Below, piece by piece: positions 36,262 through 36,347 of a DNA stretch of 36,347 nucleotides. Positions within the stretch are counted from its first letter, which is position 1. Every line of letters begins with the position of its first letter. Position numbers and translations under genes: made by a program. The DNA is from an uncultured Cytophagales bacterium (GTDB lineage Bacteria; Bacteroidota; Bacteroidia; Cytophagales; Spirosomataceae), in the NCBI GenBank assembly GCA_964488435.1, contig CAZAVR010000002.1:1-36347 (forward strand), given 5' to 3'. The notes under the pieces are model-generated. The model searched no databases and was not told the origin of the DNA. It saw only the letters and a program-made list of their open reading frames with translations.

Positions 36262-36347
36262 TATTAAACTTCCTATTTTTTGAATCCGCTCCTTCTAGTG
36301 TCTAATTGCTAAAGTTTACTATATTATTTTTCAATTGACTTCCTTTT

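Overview
The window looks like a chromosomal segment of a Bacteroidota-type genome. This is an inference from gene content, the Bacteroidetes-style CcmD/CcmE, frequent TTG starts and the lack of obvious Shine-Dalgarno sites. It is mostly housekeeping and envelope genes. From left to right: a partial acyl-CoA dehydrogenase; a group of polytopic GT-C-like membrane proteins around gcvT; a membrane-anchored HdrD/DsrMK-like Fe-S oxidoreductase pair; a lipoprotein; a PAP2 / ArnT-like / metallophosphoesterase operon; a FUSC/YccS protein; feoAB; a System I cytochrome c maturation operon (ccmB, C, D-like, E, F); a dihydroorotase-like gene; gcvH; prfA; a four-gene RiPP-type cassette; and a VapBC-like toxin-antitoxin pair. 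Two things stand out. (1) A 3847-bp tandem direct duplication (22447..26293 and 26294..30140) that appears base-perfect. Its ends lie inside ccmF and inside the dihydroorotase-like gene, and the two copies join at a 5-nt CTTTT microhomology. It leaves truncated copies of both genes, creates chimeric ORFs on both strands, and contains no complete gene. (2) A cassette at 32144..34959 encoding a PqqD-like RRE (lasso B1), a transglutaminase-like leader peptidase (lasso B2), an HPr-kinase-like kinase and an NTP_transf_5-type nucleotidyltransferase. No lasso cyclase, no exporter and no recognisable precursor gene are present in the window. The cassette is followed by a 610-bp structured non-coding spacer ending in a strong intrinsic terminator. 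No rRNA, tRNA, CRISPR array, transposase or integrase was seen.
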